Shown here: in pieces, positions 39,272 to 48,921 of the stretch
Numbering within the stretch: position 1 is the first letter of the stretch
Layout of the letters: the number at the start of each line of letters is the position of its first letter
Source of the DNA: Candidatus Uhrbacteria bacterium
GTDB taxonomy: Bacteria; Patescibacteriota; Patescibacteriia; JACPHY01
Direction of reading: 5' to 3'
Length of the DNA stretch: 64,000 nucleotides
Assembly (NCBI GenBank): GCA_016188355.1
Contig: JACPHY010000005.1
Coordinates: forward strand, 7,389 to 71,388
The notes under the pieces: generated by a model
Databases searched by the model: none
The model's input: the letters and a program-made list of their open reading frames with translations, nothing else
What the model was told of the DNA's origin: nothing
Made by a program: the position numbers and the translations under genes

Positions 39272-40105
39272 ATGTGTACCGTCGCGCTCGCCTGGAATCC
39301 GGGGACGCTGGTCCCACTGCTCTGCATCGCGAACCGCGATGAGTTCTATGATCGTCCTTCCGCGCCACCGCGCATCCACCGGATCGATACGGATCTCCCC
39401 TGCATCGCACCGCAGGATCTCCGACGCGGCGGCACATGGATTGGCATGAATGCGGTGCGCATGTGCGCCGCGCTCACGAATCGCGACGGCGCACCGCCCG
39501 GCCTCGGGCGGCGATCGCGCGGACAACTTGTCCCATTCGCGCTCGCGCATCGATCGCCGCACATCGCCGTCGAAGTGCTTCGTGCGCTCGATCCTGCCGC
39601 GTTCCGCCCGTTCCACCTCGTACTCGCGAATCCGGAGGAAGCGTACCTCCTCTGGAGTGACGGCCGCACCATCAAGGAGCGCGCCATCACCCCAGGGACG
39701 CTCATCATCACCCAGCGGAGCCTCGGCGCCGCACCGGTGGATCGCGCAGTCGCCACGTACCTCGCACCCGTGCAGCGGTTTCATCCAAAACACGCGCAGG
39801 AGAAGGATCACCCGCAGGGCGATCTCTCCGATGCGCTCCTGCGCTCAATCGCCGCGCACGATCCCCATCACGTGTATGACGGTCCCTGCGTCCATGATGA
39901 CGATTACGGCACGCGATCGAGCGCGATGATCATCGTGCACCAGGACGGCGCGATGGAGTACCACTACACCGACGGACCGCCCTGCAATGCGCCGTGGCAG
40001 AGCATCCCGCATGCCGTCGGCGCCACGCGAGAACATTGGTGGCAGACGATCGCCGCAGCTCCGCACGCAATCACCGATCCCTGGGCACTGGATGTGCTTC
40101 CGTAA
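39272..40105 (+). CDS. NRDE/TANGO2-family Ntn-hydrolase-fold protein
   Basis: MCT start, ANRDEFYDRP, GGTWIG, SRG.L and YGTRSS. Confidence 0.92.
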   Translation: MCTVALAWNPGTLVPLLCIANRDEFYDRPSAPPRIHRIDTDLPCIAPQDLRRGGTWIGMNAVRMCAALTNRDGAPPGLGRRSRGQLVPFALAHRSPHIAVEVLRALDPAAFRPFHLVLANPEEAYLLWSDGRTIKERAITPGTLIITQRSLGAAPVDRAVATYLAPVQRFHPKHAQEKDHPQGDLSDALLRSIAAHDPHHVYDGPCVHDDDYGTRSSAMIIVHQDGAMEYHYTDGPPCNAPWQSIPHAVGATREHWWQTIAAAPHAITDPWALDVLP

Positions 40106-40254
40106 CAAAGATCCCGATGGCCGCTCTGGCCATCGGGATTTCTCTCGTCTCACGTCATTGCGCCAGAGCCCATTCGTCACGGATCGCGAATGAGCGCAGC
40201 CATCTGCTCAATTGCATGTCTTCGCATATGCTGTATTGCGTAGTCGGCATTCCG

Positions 40255-41124
40255 TCATGCAACCCGCACCGGATCCGGCGGTCGCACCCATTGAATACGC
40301 GTCATGATCCCTCGGGAGCGCCGATCTTCTCCCCCGAATGGAAGCTCGTGCGTGAACATGTACACACCTGGTCGCACCTGCACGCGAAACGCCGAGCATT
40401 GCTCCACATCCGCGCATCCGCGTCGCATGAACTCATCGCCATCCACCATAGCGCACCAATGCTCACTTGTTATCGATCCCCGCACCAGCTCATCCGCGGG
40501 AAACACACTTCGATCCGTCGTCACATCATGCCAGGGGAACCCAACGACCAGTGCACCCCCTGTACCACGATAGAGGCTCGGATACGTATCCCCCACGAAC
40601 ACAGACGCGCATCCCACCTCCGCCATCGCATGCGATGTGCGCACGCAACCTGCTGGGGTCGTGCAATCGTAGGACGCACTGATCTGAAATGCGGGCCGAA
40701 AATGCTCTCCAACCATAAGCACACCGGACGGCACGTTGAGCACGAACACACACGGAGCTCCTGCCGATCCATGTGGACGCGGGCACGGCGATGTCGCCAC
40801 GATACCGCATCGATCAAATTGCCAATCCACACATGCGCCACACGCAACACATGGATAGAGAGAACGCGGCAACACGATGGATGATGCCTCCTGATCTGGA
40901 GTAGCCAATGCTCGTTCCAATGCATCGAGGTACATGGGGGTCACCAGTCCTTCTTGTGCAAGGTACAAGTTTGGCACTATCCATCGCATCGCCATCCAAT
41001 GTCCACGCGGATGCACGGGATAACGAAGGAGCGTGTGGCTCAATTCGCCTAATCGTGCGGGTATCCGTTGCTCGGCCCCATCTCCTGAGACACCGGCAGG
41101 AAACGGTAATGATCGATCATGCAT
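40255..41124 (-). CDS. Hypothetical Cys-rich protein
   Basis: AGAGAGG SD; CVAC motif; 289 aa. Confidence 0.65.
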   Translation of the reverse strand: MHDRSLPFPAGVSGDGAEQRIPARLGELSHTLLRYPVHPRGHWMAMRWIVPNLYLAQEGLVTPMYLDALERALATPDQEASSIVLPRSLYPCVACGACVDWQFDRCGIVATSPCPRPHGSAGAPCVFVLNVPSGVLMVGEHFRPAFQISASYDCTTPAGCVRTSHAMAEVGCASVFVGDTYPSLYRGTGGALVVGFPWHDVTTDRSVFPADELVRGSITSEHWCAMVDGDEFMRRGCADVEQCSAFRVQVRPGVYMFTHELPFGGEDRRSRGIMTRIQWVRPPDPVRVA

Positions 41125-41298
41125 CGTTCAGCCTCTCTAGGTCATCGCAATAGACAAGTCGCCCACCCCACGTTGGCCTGTGCGGTGGCATGAGCCAGGA
41201 CACGTGTCACATCTCCACACGAGAATGCCCGTCGCCGATTCATGGAACCGAAGCGAAGACAGCGTACGACGTGATGATATCATGCGACATTTGGTCGT

Positions 41299-42054
41299 TC
41301 ACCCCTCCATCCCACGGAAGAGCACACTGCCAATACCAACACATACCACCGCGAGCACGCTGAGGAGCAGGAGATCCCATCCGATCCCGAAGGACGCGCT
41401 ATGGGTGAGTAGCCCACGCATCGCATCCACGCCATACGCGAGCGGATTTGCACGTACGACTACCGCGAGTGCACGGGGGATGCCATCCACCGGGAACAGC
41501 GCACCGGAAAGGAAGAAGAGTGGCATGATGAGGAAGTTCACGATGAGCGGGAATGCCTGCATGTCCCGCATACGGATGGCAATTGCCGTTCCGAGTGCGG
41601 TGAAGAGGATCGCGATGAGCGCCATCGGAATGAGCACGAGCGGCACAAGCAACCATGACGCGGGCCGGAATCCCACGAGAAGTGTGAGCGCCGTCACGAG
41701 GACCCCCTGAAATACGGCAACCGTTGCGCCACCGAGCGTCCGCCCAATCATGATCGCCGTCCGCGGCACCGGAGCCACGAGCGTCTCCTTCAAAAATCCA
41801 AATTGCCGATCCCAGATGAGATCGATCCCGGAGAACATCGCGGTGAAGAGGACGCTCATCGCAATGACCCCCGGACCCAAAAATTCGAGATATGCGCCAC
41901 GACCTGCTTGTGCGTACACGGGACCAAATCCAAATCCCAGTGCCACGAGGAACAGGAGCGGCTGCCCGAGCGACCCGATGATCCGCGCACGGGATCGTAT
42001 ATTCCGTTTCACCTGACGGAGCCAGAGAATGGCAATCGTGCGGAGTGCGTTCAT
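41299..42054 (-). CDS. ABC-2 type permease
   Basis: Six TMs; DRQFGFLKE.LVAP, FLSGALFP and NPL.YGVD. Confidence 0.93.
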   Translation of the reverse strand: MNALRTIAILWLRQVKRNIRSRARIIGSLGQPLLFLVALGFGFGPVYAQAGRGAYLEFLGPGVIAMSVLFTAMFSGIDLIWDRQFGFLKETLVAPVPRTAIMIGRTLGGATVAVFQGVLVTALTLLVGFRPASWLLVPLVLIPMALIAILFTALGTAIAIRMRDMQAFPLIVNFLIMPLFFLSGALFPVDGIPRALAVVVRANPLAYGVDAMRGLLTHSASFGIGWDLLLLSVLAVVCVGIGSVLFRGMEG

Positions 42055-42073
42055 ACCGTCATCAGTGTATCCG

Positions 42074-42868
42074 TTATCGACCAGTCCACGCGCGGCGATG
42101 CTGTCGGATACGATCGAGACCCGAGGCCTCCTCGGAGCGAATACCCGTTCCGGTCAGCTTGAGGAATGCATCTTCCAGTGTGGCCGCGCCCGCCTTCGCT
42201 TTGATGCCTGCCGGAGAATCCATCGCCACGATCTTCCCGTGATCAATGATCGCGAGTCGTGTCGCGGCGCGGTCCGCCTCCTCCATGTAGTGCGTGGTGA
42301 AAAAAATCGTCATGCCCTCCGTTTTGTTGAGGCTCGCAATGTACGACCACATGTGGTTGCGCGTCTGCGGGTCGAGGCCGAGCGTCGGTTCATCCAAAAA
42401 GAGGATGGCTGGATGATGGAGAAGTCCACGCGCAATTTCCAAACGACGTTTCATCCCGCCGGAAAATGTTCTCACGAATGCATCCCGGCGATCCGCAAGG
42501 TCCACCAACGCAAGGAGCTCAGCCATGCGCTGGCGGCGCGTTGCGCGCGGGACGCCATAGAGCACCCCGTGCACCTCCAAATTCTCCCACGCGGTAAGCT
42601 CATCATCGACACTCGGATCCTGGAACACGATACCAAATGACCGGCGCACCGCATCGGGTTCTCGGACCGGATCATGGCCATTGATCGTGATGGCGCCGGA
42701 GGTTGGGAGAAGGAGTGTCGTGAGCATTTTGACGGTCGTCGTTTTTCCGGCGCCGTTCGGACCGAGAAACGCGAACACCTCACCCGACTCCACGGTAAAT
42801 GACACATCATTGACCGCAATGAAATCCCCAAATCGTTTCGTGCAGTGCGCCATGTGAATCATGGACAT
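42074..42868 (-). CDS. ABC ATPase (DrrA-like)
   Basis: GPNGAGKTT, FSGGM and LDEPT.GLD. Confidence 0.95.
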   Translation of the reverse strand: MSMIHMAHCTKRFGDFIAVNDVSFTVESGEVFAFLGPNGAGKTTTVKMLTTLLLPTSGAITINGHDPVREPDAVRRSFGIVFQDPSVDDELTAWENLEVHGVLYGVPRATRRQRMAELLALVDLADRRDAFVRTFSGGMKRRLEIARGLLHHPAILFLDEPTLGLDPQTRNHMWSYIASLNKTEGMTIFFTTHYMEEADRAATRLAIIDHGKIVAMDSPAGIKAKAGAATLEDAFLKLTGTGIRSEEASGLDRIRQHRRAWTGR

Positions 42869-42869
42869 A

Positions 42870-43343
42870 CTAGGGCCTTGCGAATGCGACGAGCTCCGGC
42901 TGCACGAGCTCTGCGTATGCAGTGTATGGCATGAGGATGGAGTGCACGTGACTGCCCGGATTAAATGCAATCATCTGCTGCGCGGCGAGCGATGGGTCCA
43001 CGACCATAGGCATGCCGAGCATGCTACCGAATGGCGGCACGGAACCAATCGTACACCCCGTCTGCGCCTGCACTTCCTCCGGTGTCGCGAGCGCCACTTT
43101 CTTCGCACCAAGATGCGCGCGCAATTTTTCGAAATCCGCCTGCTTCGCCGCAGAGAGCACCGCGAGGAGGTATCGAGATTGATCCACATGCAACACGAGG
43201 GACTTCGCCCCCTGCGCGAGCGCCACCCCCCGAACATCCGCCGCCTCCTGACTCGTGTACACCGGCGCATGCGCTCTGCAGTCGTACGGTACGGCTGCGT
43301 GATCCAGGAGTGAGCGGATCTGATCAAATACCGATTGCGACAT
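42870..43343 (-). CDS. YbaK/ProX-family aminoacyl-tRNA deacylase
   Basis: TS.EAA, GAKSLV, G.V.PFG and FN.G motifs. Confidence 0.9.
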   Translation of the reverse strand: MSQSVFDQIRSLLDHAAVPYDCRAHAPVYTSQEAADVRGVALAQGAKSLVLHVDQSRYLLAVLSAAKQADFEKLRAHLGAKKVALATPEEVQAQTGCTIGSVPPFGSMLGMPMVVDPSLAAQQMIAFNPGSHVHSILMPYTAYAELVQPELVAFARP

Positions 43344-43405
43344 AGGATAGTCGCCAGTATGACAAATGCAGCTCCCCGAGTCCAGATCGGGCTCGGGGAG
43401 AACGC

Positions 43406-44023
43406 TCAGAGCAGGTATCCGTGCTCGCGGAGGAGCAACCGTCCTTCCTGTACCCGCTGACGCACCATGTCGTGCATCGCGGACGGAATGCCGATGTTCG
43501 GGATGTGCTCGAACGAAGTAATGGATTCGATCGGGGGCGGGGCGAGTTTTCGCATCTCAGCGACCAACTCCCGCATCCAGGGCCGCTTATGCAGCGGATT
43601 CCGTTCCGCCACCTCGAGCACCGCATCGAAGGAATGCGTACCGCCCTGATATGCGCGCGGCTCCAACAATGAACAGATCGCATCCACCGCACCGAGCTTC
43701 ATATCCTCCGGCGTGGCATCCGGATTCGGATCGTTCCATTTGCGATGGTGGTACTGACACCGATGCCGTTCGAGCGATGACCGCACGAACCTCGTGAAAT
43801 GCTCGGGAGACCGATCACGCTGCTAGACCGCAAAGCCGCTCGCCACCTGCCATTCGAACTTATTGCCAGTCCCCACAATATCGTGTGGCCGCTCGGGATC
43901 ATGCGCGCCCAAACCGAGCTCGCGGAGGTAATATTCCACCCGATACACATGCTGCACCGTATGCAACATCCACCACCGCAGCTCATCCACGGTCGGCAAA
44001 AGCACCAATACCTCTTCGGACAT
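43406..44023 (-). pseudogene. HD-like (DUF5662-like) gene interrupted by a single in-frame TAG
   Basis: ORFs 43823-44023 and 43406-43786 share a frame and are separated only by TAG at 43823-43825; the H...H, HD, HH and D motifs are spread across both halves. Confidence 0.65.
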
Positions 44024-44161
44024 GTCATGCTCCTCTCGGGCGCAGCCACCCTGCAGCAGATGGCGCCTCGGGCAGCATAATCATCATCCCCTCGCGTGTC
44101 CAGCATGCGATAAAATTCGAGCACCGGCTCCCTCGTAAGGGGCCGGTGCCTGGCAGCGCGA

Positions 44162-44287
44162 CTACTTGTTGCCCGTCGCCTGGGGCTGCTGGGGCCTGGG
44201 GGCCGGCGGCGGCTGCGAAGCCGGCCGCAGGATGGTGACCACACCACCAGGTCCGATCGTGTACGCTCCGTTGTAGGTCTTCTTCAT
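44162..44287 (-). CDS. 41-aa Pro/Gln-rich microprotein (not in ORF track)
   Basis: GAGGAGG SD and TGATG overlap with the upstream ORF; MKKTYNGAYTIGPGGVVTILRPASQPPPAPRPQQPQATGNK; downstream hairpin at 44121-44150. Confidence 0.6.
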   Translation of the reverse strand: MKKTYNGAYTIGPGGVVTILRPASQPPPAPRPQQPQATGNK

Positions 44288-44520
44288 CACGCGTTCCCTC
44301 CTCTGTTGTTGCTCGTGCGCGCGAGCTCGATGCCTTTCGCGAGCGCTCGGGCCGCGGTCTCGATGGCCCTCTGCTCGTCTCGGGGAATGCGCACCTCGAG
44401 GGTGCAGTTCCGTTCCCGGAAGAACCAGTGCTGGACCCGCTGGCCCATTTCCTGGACTTCTCCACTACAGATGGCTCCGAGCTCAGTCAGCCCGGCGCCC
44501 ATGAGATCAATCACCCCCAT
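44287..44520 (-). CDS. 77-aa hypothetical protein
   Basis: AAGGAGGT SD; promoter upstream. Confidence 0.65.
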   Translation of the reverse strand: MGVIDLMGAGLTELGAICSGEVQEMGQRVQHWFFRERNCTLEVRIPRDEQRAIETAARALAKGIELARTSNNRGGNA

Positions 44521-44561
44521 GACTCACCTCCTTCGTTGCCGCTGAATGAGCGAAACATATA

Positions 44562-44591
44562 TGTATACCATGAATACTCAGTTTTTGTCAA
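44562..44591 (-). promoter_or_regulatory. Sigma70-type promoter in an AT-rich patch
   Basis: Minus strand TTGACA-N18-TATACA with extended TG. Confidence 0.55.
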
Positions 44592-44659
44592 TACTACCAA
44601 ACACTTTTACGACAAAAGTCGCTAAAATAAGATAGAAAATATGCACTCCGCACAAATAC

Positions 44660-44698
44660 AAAAACCAACACCCACTCCGTTTCCGGAGTGGGTGTTGG
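44660..44698 (-). terminator. Intrinsic terminator of the RRM gene
   Basis: 15-bp stem CCAACACCCACTCCG/CGGAGTGGGTGTTGG plus T5 on the minus strand. Confidence 0.85.
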
Positions 44699-44711
44699 GA
44701 ACAATCGCTCT

Positions 44712-45011
44712 TTAGTAACGATCGTTGCCACCGCCGAAGTCGCGCCGGGGGGCGCGCTCTTCCTTGGGGCGCGCGACGTTCACCCGAAGAGGGCGACCGC
44801 CGAGGTCCTTTCCATCCCACATGGAGATGGCGGCCTGTGCGTCCTCGTCCCGATCGTATTCGACGAAGCCGAATCCGCGGGAACGACCGGTGAACTTATC
44901 CATGACGACCTGTGCCGAGATGAGCGAGGATCCGGACTGCGCGAACGCATCCCGAAGTTCCTCATCATTCGTGGTGTAGGACAAGTTTCCGATGTACAAC
45001 CGAGTTGCCAT
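44712..45011 (-). CDS. RRM RNA-binding protein
   Basis: RNP2 LYIGNL, RNP1 RGFGFVEY, LRVNVARP and a Gly-rich tail. Confidence 0.95.
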   Translation of the reverse strand: MATRLYIGNLSYTTNDEELRDAFAQSGSSLISAQVVMDKFTGRSRGFGFVEYDRDEDAQAAISMWDGKDLGGRPLRVNVARPKEERAPRRDFGGGNDRY

Positions 45012-45223
45012 AGCAAGGGCTGAAACTTCCGAGTAGGGCGACCTTCTCGCCAAGGCCCTAACGCTCCAACCCTTGGACCTTACGGTCTCGGGGAAGCCGG
45101 TACCAAACGAGACACCTACCTCACAGCACCATCATACACGATTTCTGGAAAAAGGCAAGGGGGGATGAAGGAGAATGACTATACAAGGCCAAAAACCATT
45201 TCCATTGACTGTGGCGCACGCCC

Positions 45224-46462
45224 TCACTCATTTCTCAATGCCTCCATGGGACTCATCGCGGCTGCTTTACGAGCGGGAGCGAGGCCAAATACCACGCCAA
45301 GCACCCCCGAAACACCCACGCCGAGCACGACAGCGGAAATCGGGAAGGTGAATGCCCAATTCGGGGAAACCGTTGCACGGAAAATGACCGCCGCAAGGAA
45401 TGCCAACGATGCACCGATCGCAACTCCCATGATCCCGCCCACTGCCGTCAGCGTCACTGATTCGAACAAAAATTGCCCAAGGATATCACGCCGTCGTGCA
45501 CCGAGCGCCTTCCGCAGTCCAATCTCCCGTGTCCGTTCCGCCACCGCAACGAGCATAATGTTCATGATGCCGATGCCACCAACCACCAGCGAAATCGCCG
45601 CAATGGAAGTGAGGAGCACAGTGAGGATGGTGCTGATGATTCCGATGCGCTGCACGATGTCCACCTGCGTCATCACGTGGAAATCATCCTTCTCGGGGTC
45701 ACTGATACGATGCAATTCGCGCAACGTGATCTCCACATCTCGCTTCACGCGTGGTACGACCTGCTCCGAAACTGCGCGCACCAATATTGCGTGAACGTGG
45801 GTAATGCCGAGGAGATATTCCTGCGCGGTGGAATACGGAACGAGCACCATGTGATCCACCGGCACAATGCCCGACTCCCCCTTTCGCTCGAGCACCCCGA
45901 CCACGCGGAAGGAAACGTTCTTCATGCGAATCCGCTGCCCGATCGGGTCTTGCTGTCCGAAGAGCTGCTCCCGTACGTCATCACCGATGATCGCGACCGC
46001 GGCGCGCCGTCGCACATCGTCCTCCGTGAGCGGCACACCGGACGCGAGCGTGAGGCGCAGCACCTCCAGAATGGCAGGCCCCGCTCCCCGCAGCTGCACG
46101 CGGTACGTTTCATTACCAAACGCCGCGGTCGTCACCTGTGCCACGAGCGGCACCACATCCGTGACACCCGGTACCCGTGCCGCATCAGCAAGCGCGGCGA
46201 GGTCACGCTCTTTCAGTGAATCCGTAAATACTTCCACGAAATCCGATGGTCCCTTCGGTTCGCGCCCCGGCTCAATAATGATGGTCTCCGCGCCAAACCC
46301 GCGCACCTGATCGAGAATCAGGTCCTGCGCGCCGCGTCCTACCGCCATCACGAGCATGATGGCGGTAATACCAATCACGATTCCGAGAATCGTGAGGAGC
46401 GAGCGCACCGTATTCGCGCGAAGCGCATGGATCGCCGCGATGAACTGGTGCCGAAGGCGCAT
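45224..46462 (-). CDS. MacB-like ABC permease
   Basis: RSLLTILGIVIGI, GGIGIMNIML.AV.ERTREIGLRKA and PMEALR.E. Confidence 0.95.
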   Translation of the reverse strand: MRLRHQFIAAIHALRANTVRSLLTILGIVIGITAIMLVMAVGRGAQDLILDQVRGFGAETIIIEPGREPKGPSDFVEVFTDSLKERDLAALADAARVPGVTDVVPLVAQVTTAAFGNETYRVQLRGAGPAILEVLRLTLASGVPLTEDDVRRRAAVAIIGDDVREQLFGQQDPIGQRIRMKNVSFRVVGVLERKGESGIVPVDHMVLVPYSTAQEYLLGITHVHAILVRAVSEQVVPRVKRDVEITLRELHRISDPEKDDFHVMTQVDIVQRIGIISTILTVLLTSIAAISLVVGGIGIMNIMLVAVAERTREIGLRKALGARRRDILGQFLFESVTLTAVGGIMGVAIGASLAFLAAVIFRATVSPNWAFTFPISAVVLGVGVSGVLGVVFGLAPARKAAAMSPMEALRNE

Positions 46463-46474
46463 AACAACGTTCCG

Positions 46475-47191
46475 CTACTTCGTAAATTGGTCGGCGCGCC
46501 GAGACTGGGCGAGACGCTCGTCGCGCTCGAGGCGCCCATCACGAAACGCGAGCACCCGCTCCGCATGCTCCGCGGTGGCCGTTTCGTGCGTGATCAAAAT
46601 AATGGTATGCCCCTGTTCGGCGTGCAATTCCCGCAGTAGCAGCATCACCGCACGTCCGGAAACCGAGTCTAAATTACCCGTGGGCTCATCCGCAAAGAGT
46701 ACCTTCGGATCGAGCACGAGCGCACGGGCAATCGCTGCGCGCTGCTGTTCCCCACCGGAAAGCTGTGCAGGCGTGTGATGCAGTCGATGCCCCAACCCCA
46801 CGCGGGTCAACGCGCGCTCGGCGCGTGATCGCCATTCGCGTTCCGGGAGTTGCGAATACCGCAACGGCAAACACACATTCTCGAGCACCGTAGTCCGCGG
46901 CAGGAGATTGAACGCTTGAAACACGAATCCCATGGTTTGATTGCGCAGCTGCGCAAGCTCGTCATCCGAAAAGGAATCCGCATGACGCCCATCAAACCGA
47001 TAGCTGCCGCCCGTCGGGCGATCGAGGAATCCGAGGATATGGAGGAGCGTGGATTTTCCCGAACCGGACGGTCCCATGATCGCCACGAATTCGCCCGCCG
47101 CAATTTGAAAAGATACCCCCCGCAACGCAGGAGTCTGCGCATCGTCCGTTCCGTATGTCTTCTGGAGATGATCCACCTCAATGAGTGCCAT
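46475..47191 (-). CDS. MacB/LolD-type ABC ATPase
   Basis: [14 protein letters not shown] and ADEPTGNLD. Confidence 0.95.
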   Translation of the reverse strand: MALIEVDHLQKTYGTDDAQTPALRGVSFQIAAGEFVAIMGPSGSGKSTLLHILGFLDRPTGGSYRFDGRHADSFSDDELAQLRNQTMGFVFQAFNLLPRTTVLENVCLPLRYSQLPEREWRSRAERALTRVGLGHRLHHTPAQLSGGEQQRAAIARALVLDPKVLFADEPTGNLDSVSGRAVMLLLRELHAEQGHTIILITHETATAEHAERVLAFRDGRLERDERLAQSRRADQFTK

Positions 47192-47193
47192 AC

Positions 47194-48840
47194 TCACTCC
47201 GCATCCCGAATGACGAGATCGCCCTCACGCAATCCATCCAACAGCTCCACCATCCCATCAGATCCCCGCAGCCCAAGCCGCACAGGAACGGTGACCGGAT
47301 ATCCATTGCGCAGCACGCGAACGGTCGCCTGCCCTTCTCGGGTGGCGATCGTACGCACCGGAATCGCGAGCACGTCATTTCGCTGCCCAGTGACGATGGT
47401 AATGTTCGCGGTCATGCCCATACGAACTCGCTCGGCACCCGCGGTGAAGGCAAGCGTCGCACGATAGGTAGGCACGCCCTGCACGACAACGGCCGCGGGA
47501 TCAACCGCGGTCACTACCGCCTCGAGCTCCACCTCATTCCCAAACGCATCAAACGTCGCTTGCGCGGGTGCACCAATCTGGAGATCGGCAAGATCAACCT
47601 CGGGGATATTCGCTTCGAGGTGGGGCGGGTTGTTGGAAATGATCGTCACCAACGATACTCCGGGCGATGCGATAGCGCCCACTTTCGCATCCTGCACGGT
47701 CACCACACCATCAAATGGTGCGCGGAGCGTCGATTGCGCGAGGAGCGCCTCCACCTCGGTGACATCTGCCAGCGCAACCGCAATGCGCGCCTGTTGCCGC
47801 TCGATCTGCTCGCGCGTGGCGCCCGCACGCGCGACCCGCCAACGCGCTTCTGCGGTCGCGAGCGCATTCTGTCGAATAGTCACCTCCGAGGACGCCGACG
47901 CCAGTACCTGTTCATTCCCCGCTCGCTGCGTGACGATGGCCTGACGCAGATCATCCACATTCGAGCGCACGGTGTTCACATTGGCGCGCGCGCTATTCAC
48001 GCTCGCCTGATAGGTCGCAATCGTGGTCGGCGCAATGTCCGTCGCATGATTCACTGCCACAATCAGACGATCGAGAAATGCGCTCATCACGTCGAGCCGA
48101 CGCATCGCATCAAGGAGCGCACCGTCCCACACGGCGAATCCGTTCATAGGGGCGAGCTTGCTCGCCCATACGGTGAGCTCACCCTCCGTGGCACGCCTCC
48201 CCTGCTCTGCATCGATGGCTGCCTGTGGCTCTGCCGTACGAAACGTGAGTTTCGGATTTTGGGTAGCGTCATTGAGAAACAGGACATCGGTCTGCTTGCG
48301 AATCGCATCATCCGCAGTGGTGTACGCGTTGCGGAGGATGTTCGGCACATCCTCATACCGATCCGCCAACTCCGCGCCCACCTTCCGATCGACGGACGAT
48401 CGCGAAATTTGTGCGTCTGCGAGTGCGCGGCGCGCGTTTTCGACTTCCGCTTCTGCCGCACGCACATCTTCCGAGCGCGGTCCCCGACGAAGCTCCGCTA
48501 GTGCTGCCCGTTCTCCCGCTACCGCGGCGCGGCGCTGCGCGAGTCGTGCGCGCAGATCGAGCTCGCTCAAAATCAAGAGCGGCTGCCCGGCAGTCACCAA
48601 ACTTCCTACTGCCACCCGCGCCTCCGCAATACGCCCGGTACCTTCAAATGCCAGCGCGACCTCTGCGGCTGGCTTCACCGTTCCCGTCACCACCACCTCA
48701 CGCGCTAAATCACGCCGCGTCACCGGCACGGTCGCGTACGTTGGCGCAGCATTTCGGGAACGCACCACGAAGGCCGCGATTCCGCCGCCCACAAGAACGC
48801 ACGTCAACAACAATATCCAGCGAAAACGTGGGAAACGCAT
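47194..48840 (-). CDS. Efflux periplasmic adaptor (MacA/HlyD-like) with long helical hairpin
   Basis: N-terminal TM, G..V.AGQPL, APFDGVV, GMTANI.I and GL.EGD.V. Confidence 0.9.
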   Translation of the reverse strand: MRFPRFRWILLLTCVLVGGGIAAFVVRSRNAAPTYATVPVTRRDLAREVVVTGTVKPAAEVALAFEGTGRIAEARVAVGSLVTAGQPLLILSELDLRARLAQRRAAVAGERAALAELRRGPRSEDVRAAEAEVENARRALADAQISRSSVDRKVGAELADRYEDVPNILRNAYTTADDAIRKQTDVLFLNDATQNPKLTFRTAEPQAAIDAEQGRRATEGELTVWASKLAPMNGFAVWDGALLDAMRRLDVMSAFLDRLIVAVNHATDIAPTTIATYQASVNSARANVNTVRSNVDDLRQAIVTQRAGNEQVLASASSEVTIRQNALATAEARWRVARAGATREQIERQQARIAVALADVTEVEALLAQSTLRAPFDGVVTVQDAKVGAIASPGVSLVTIISNNPPHLEANIPEVDLADLQIGAPAQATFDAFGNEVELEAVVTAVDPAAVVVQGVPTYRATLAFTAGAERVRMGMTANITIVTGQRNDVLAIPVRTIATREGQATVRVLRNGYPVTVPVRLGLRGSDGMVELLDGLREGDLVIRDAE

Positions 48841-48886
48841 AGAAGACGCCACCGTAGCACTCGATCCCTCCAATGACAAGGGTACG

Positions 48887-48916
48887 AAAATCCCCTCCCA
48901 CCGAGGTGGGAGGGGA
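48887..48916 (-). terminator. Intrinsic terminator after pyrC
   Basis: TCCCCTCCCACC/GGTGGGAGGGGA followed by TTTT. Confidence 0.75.
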
Positions 48917-48921
48917 ACTGC

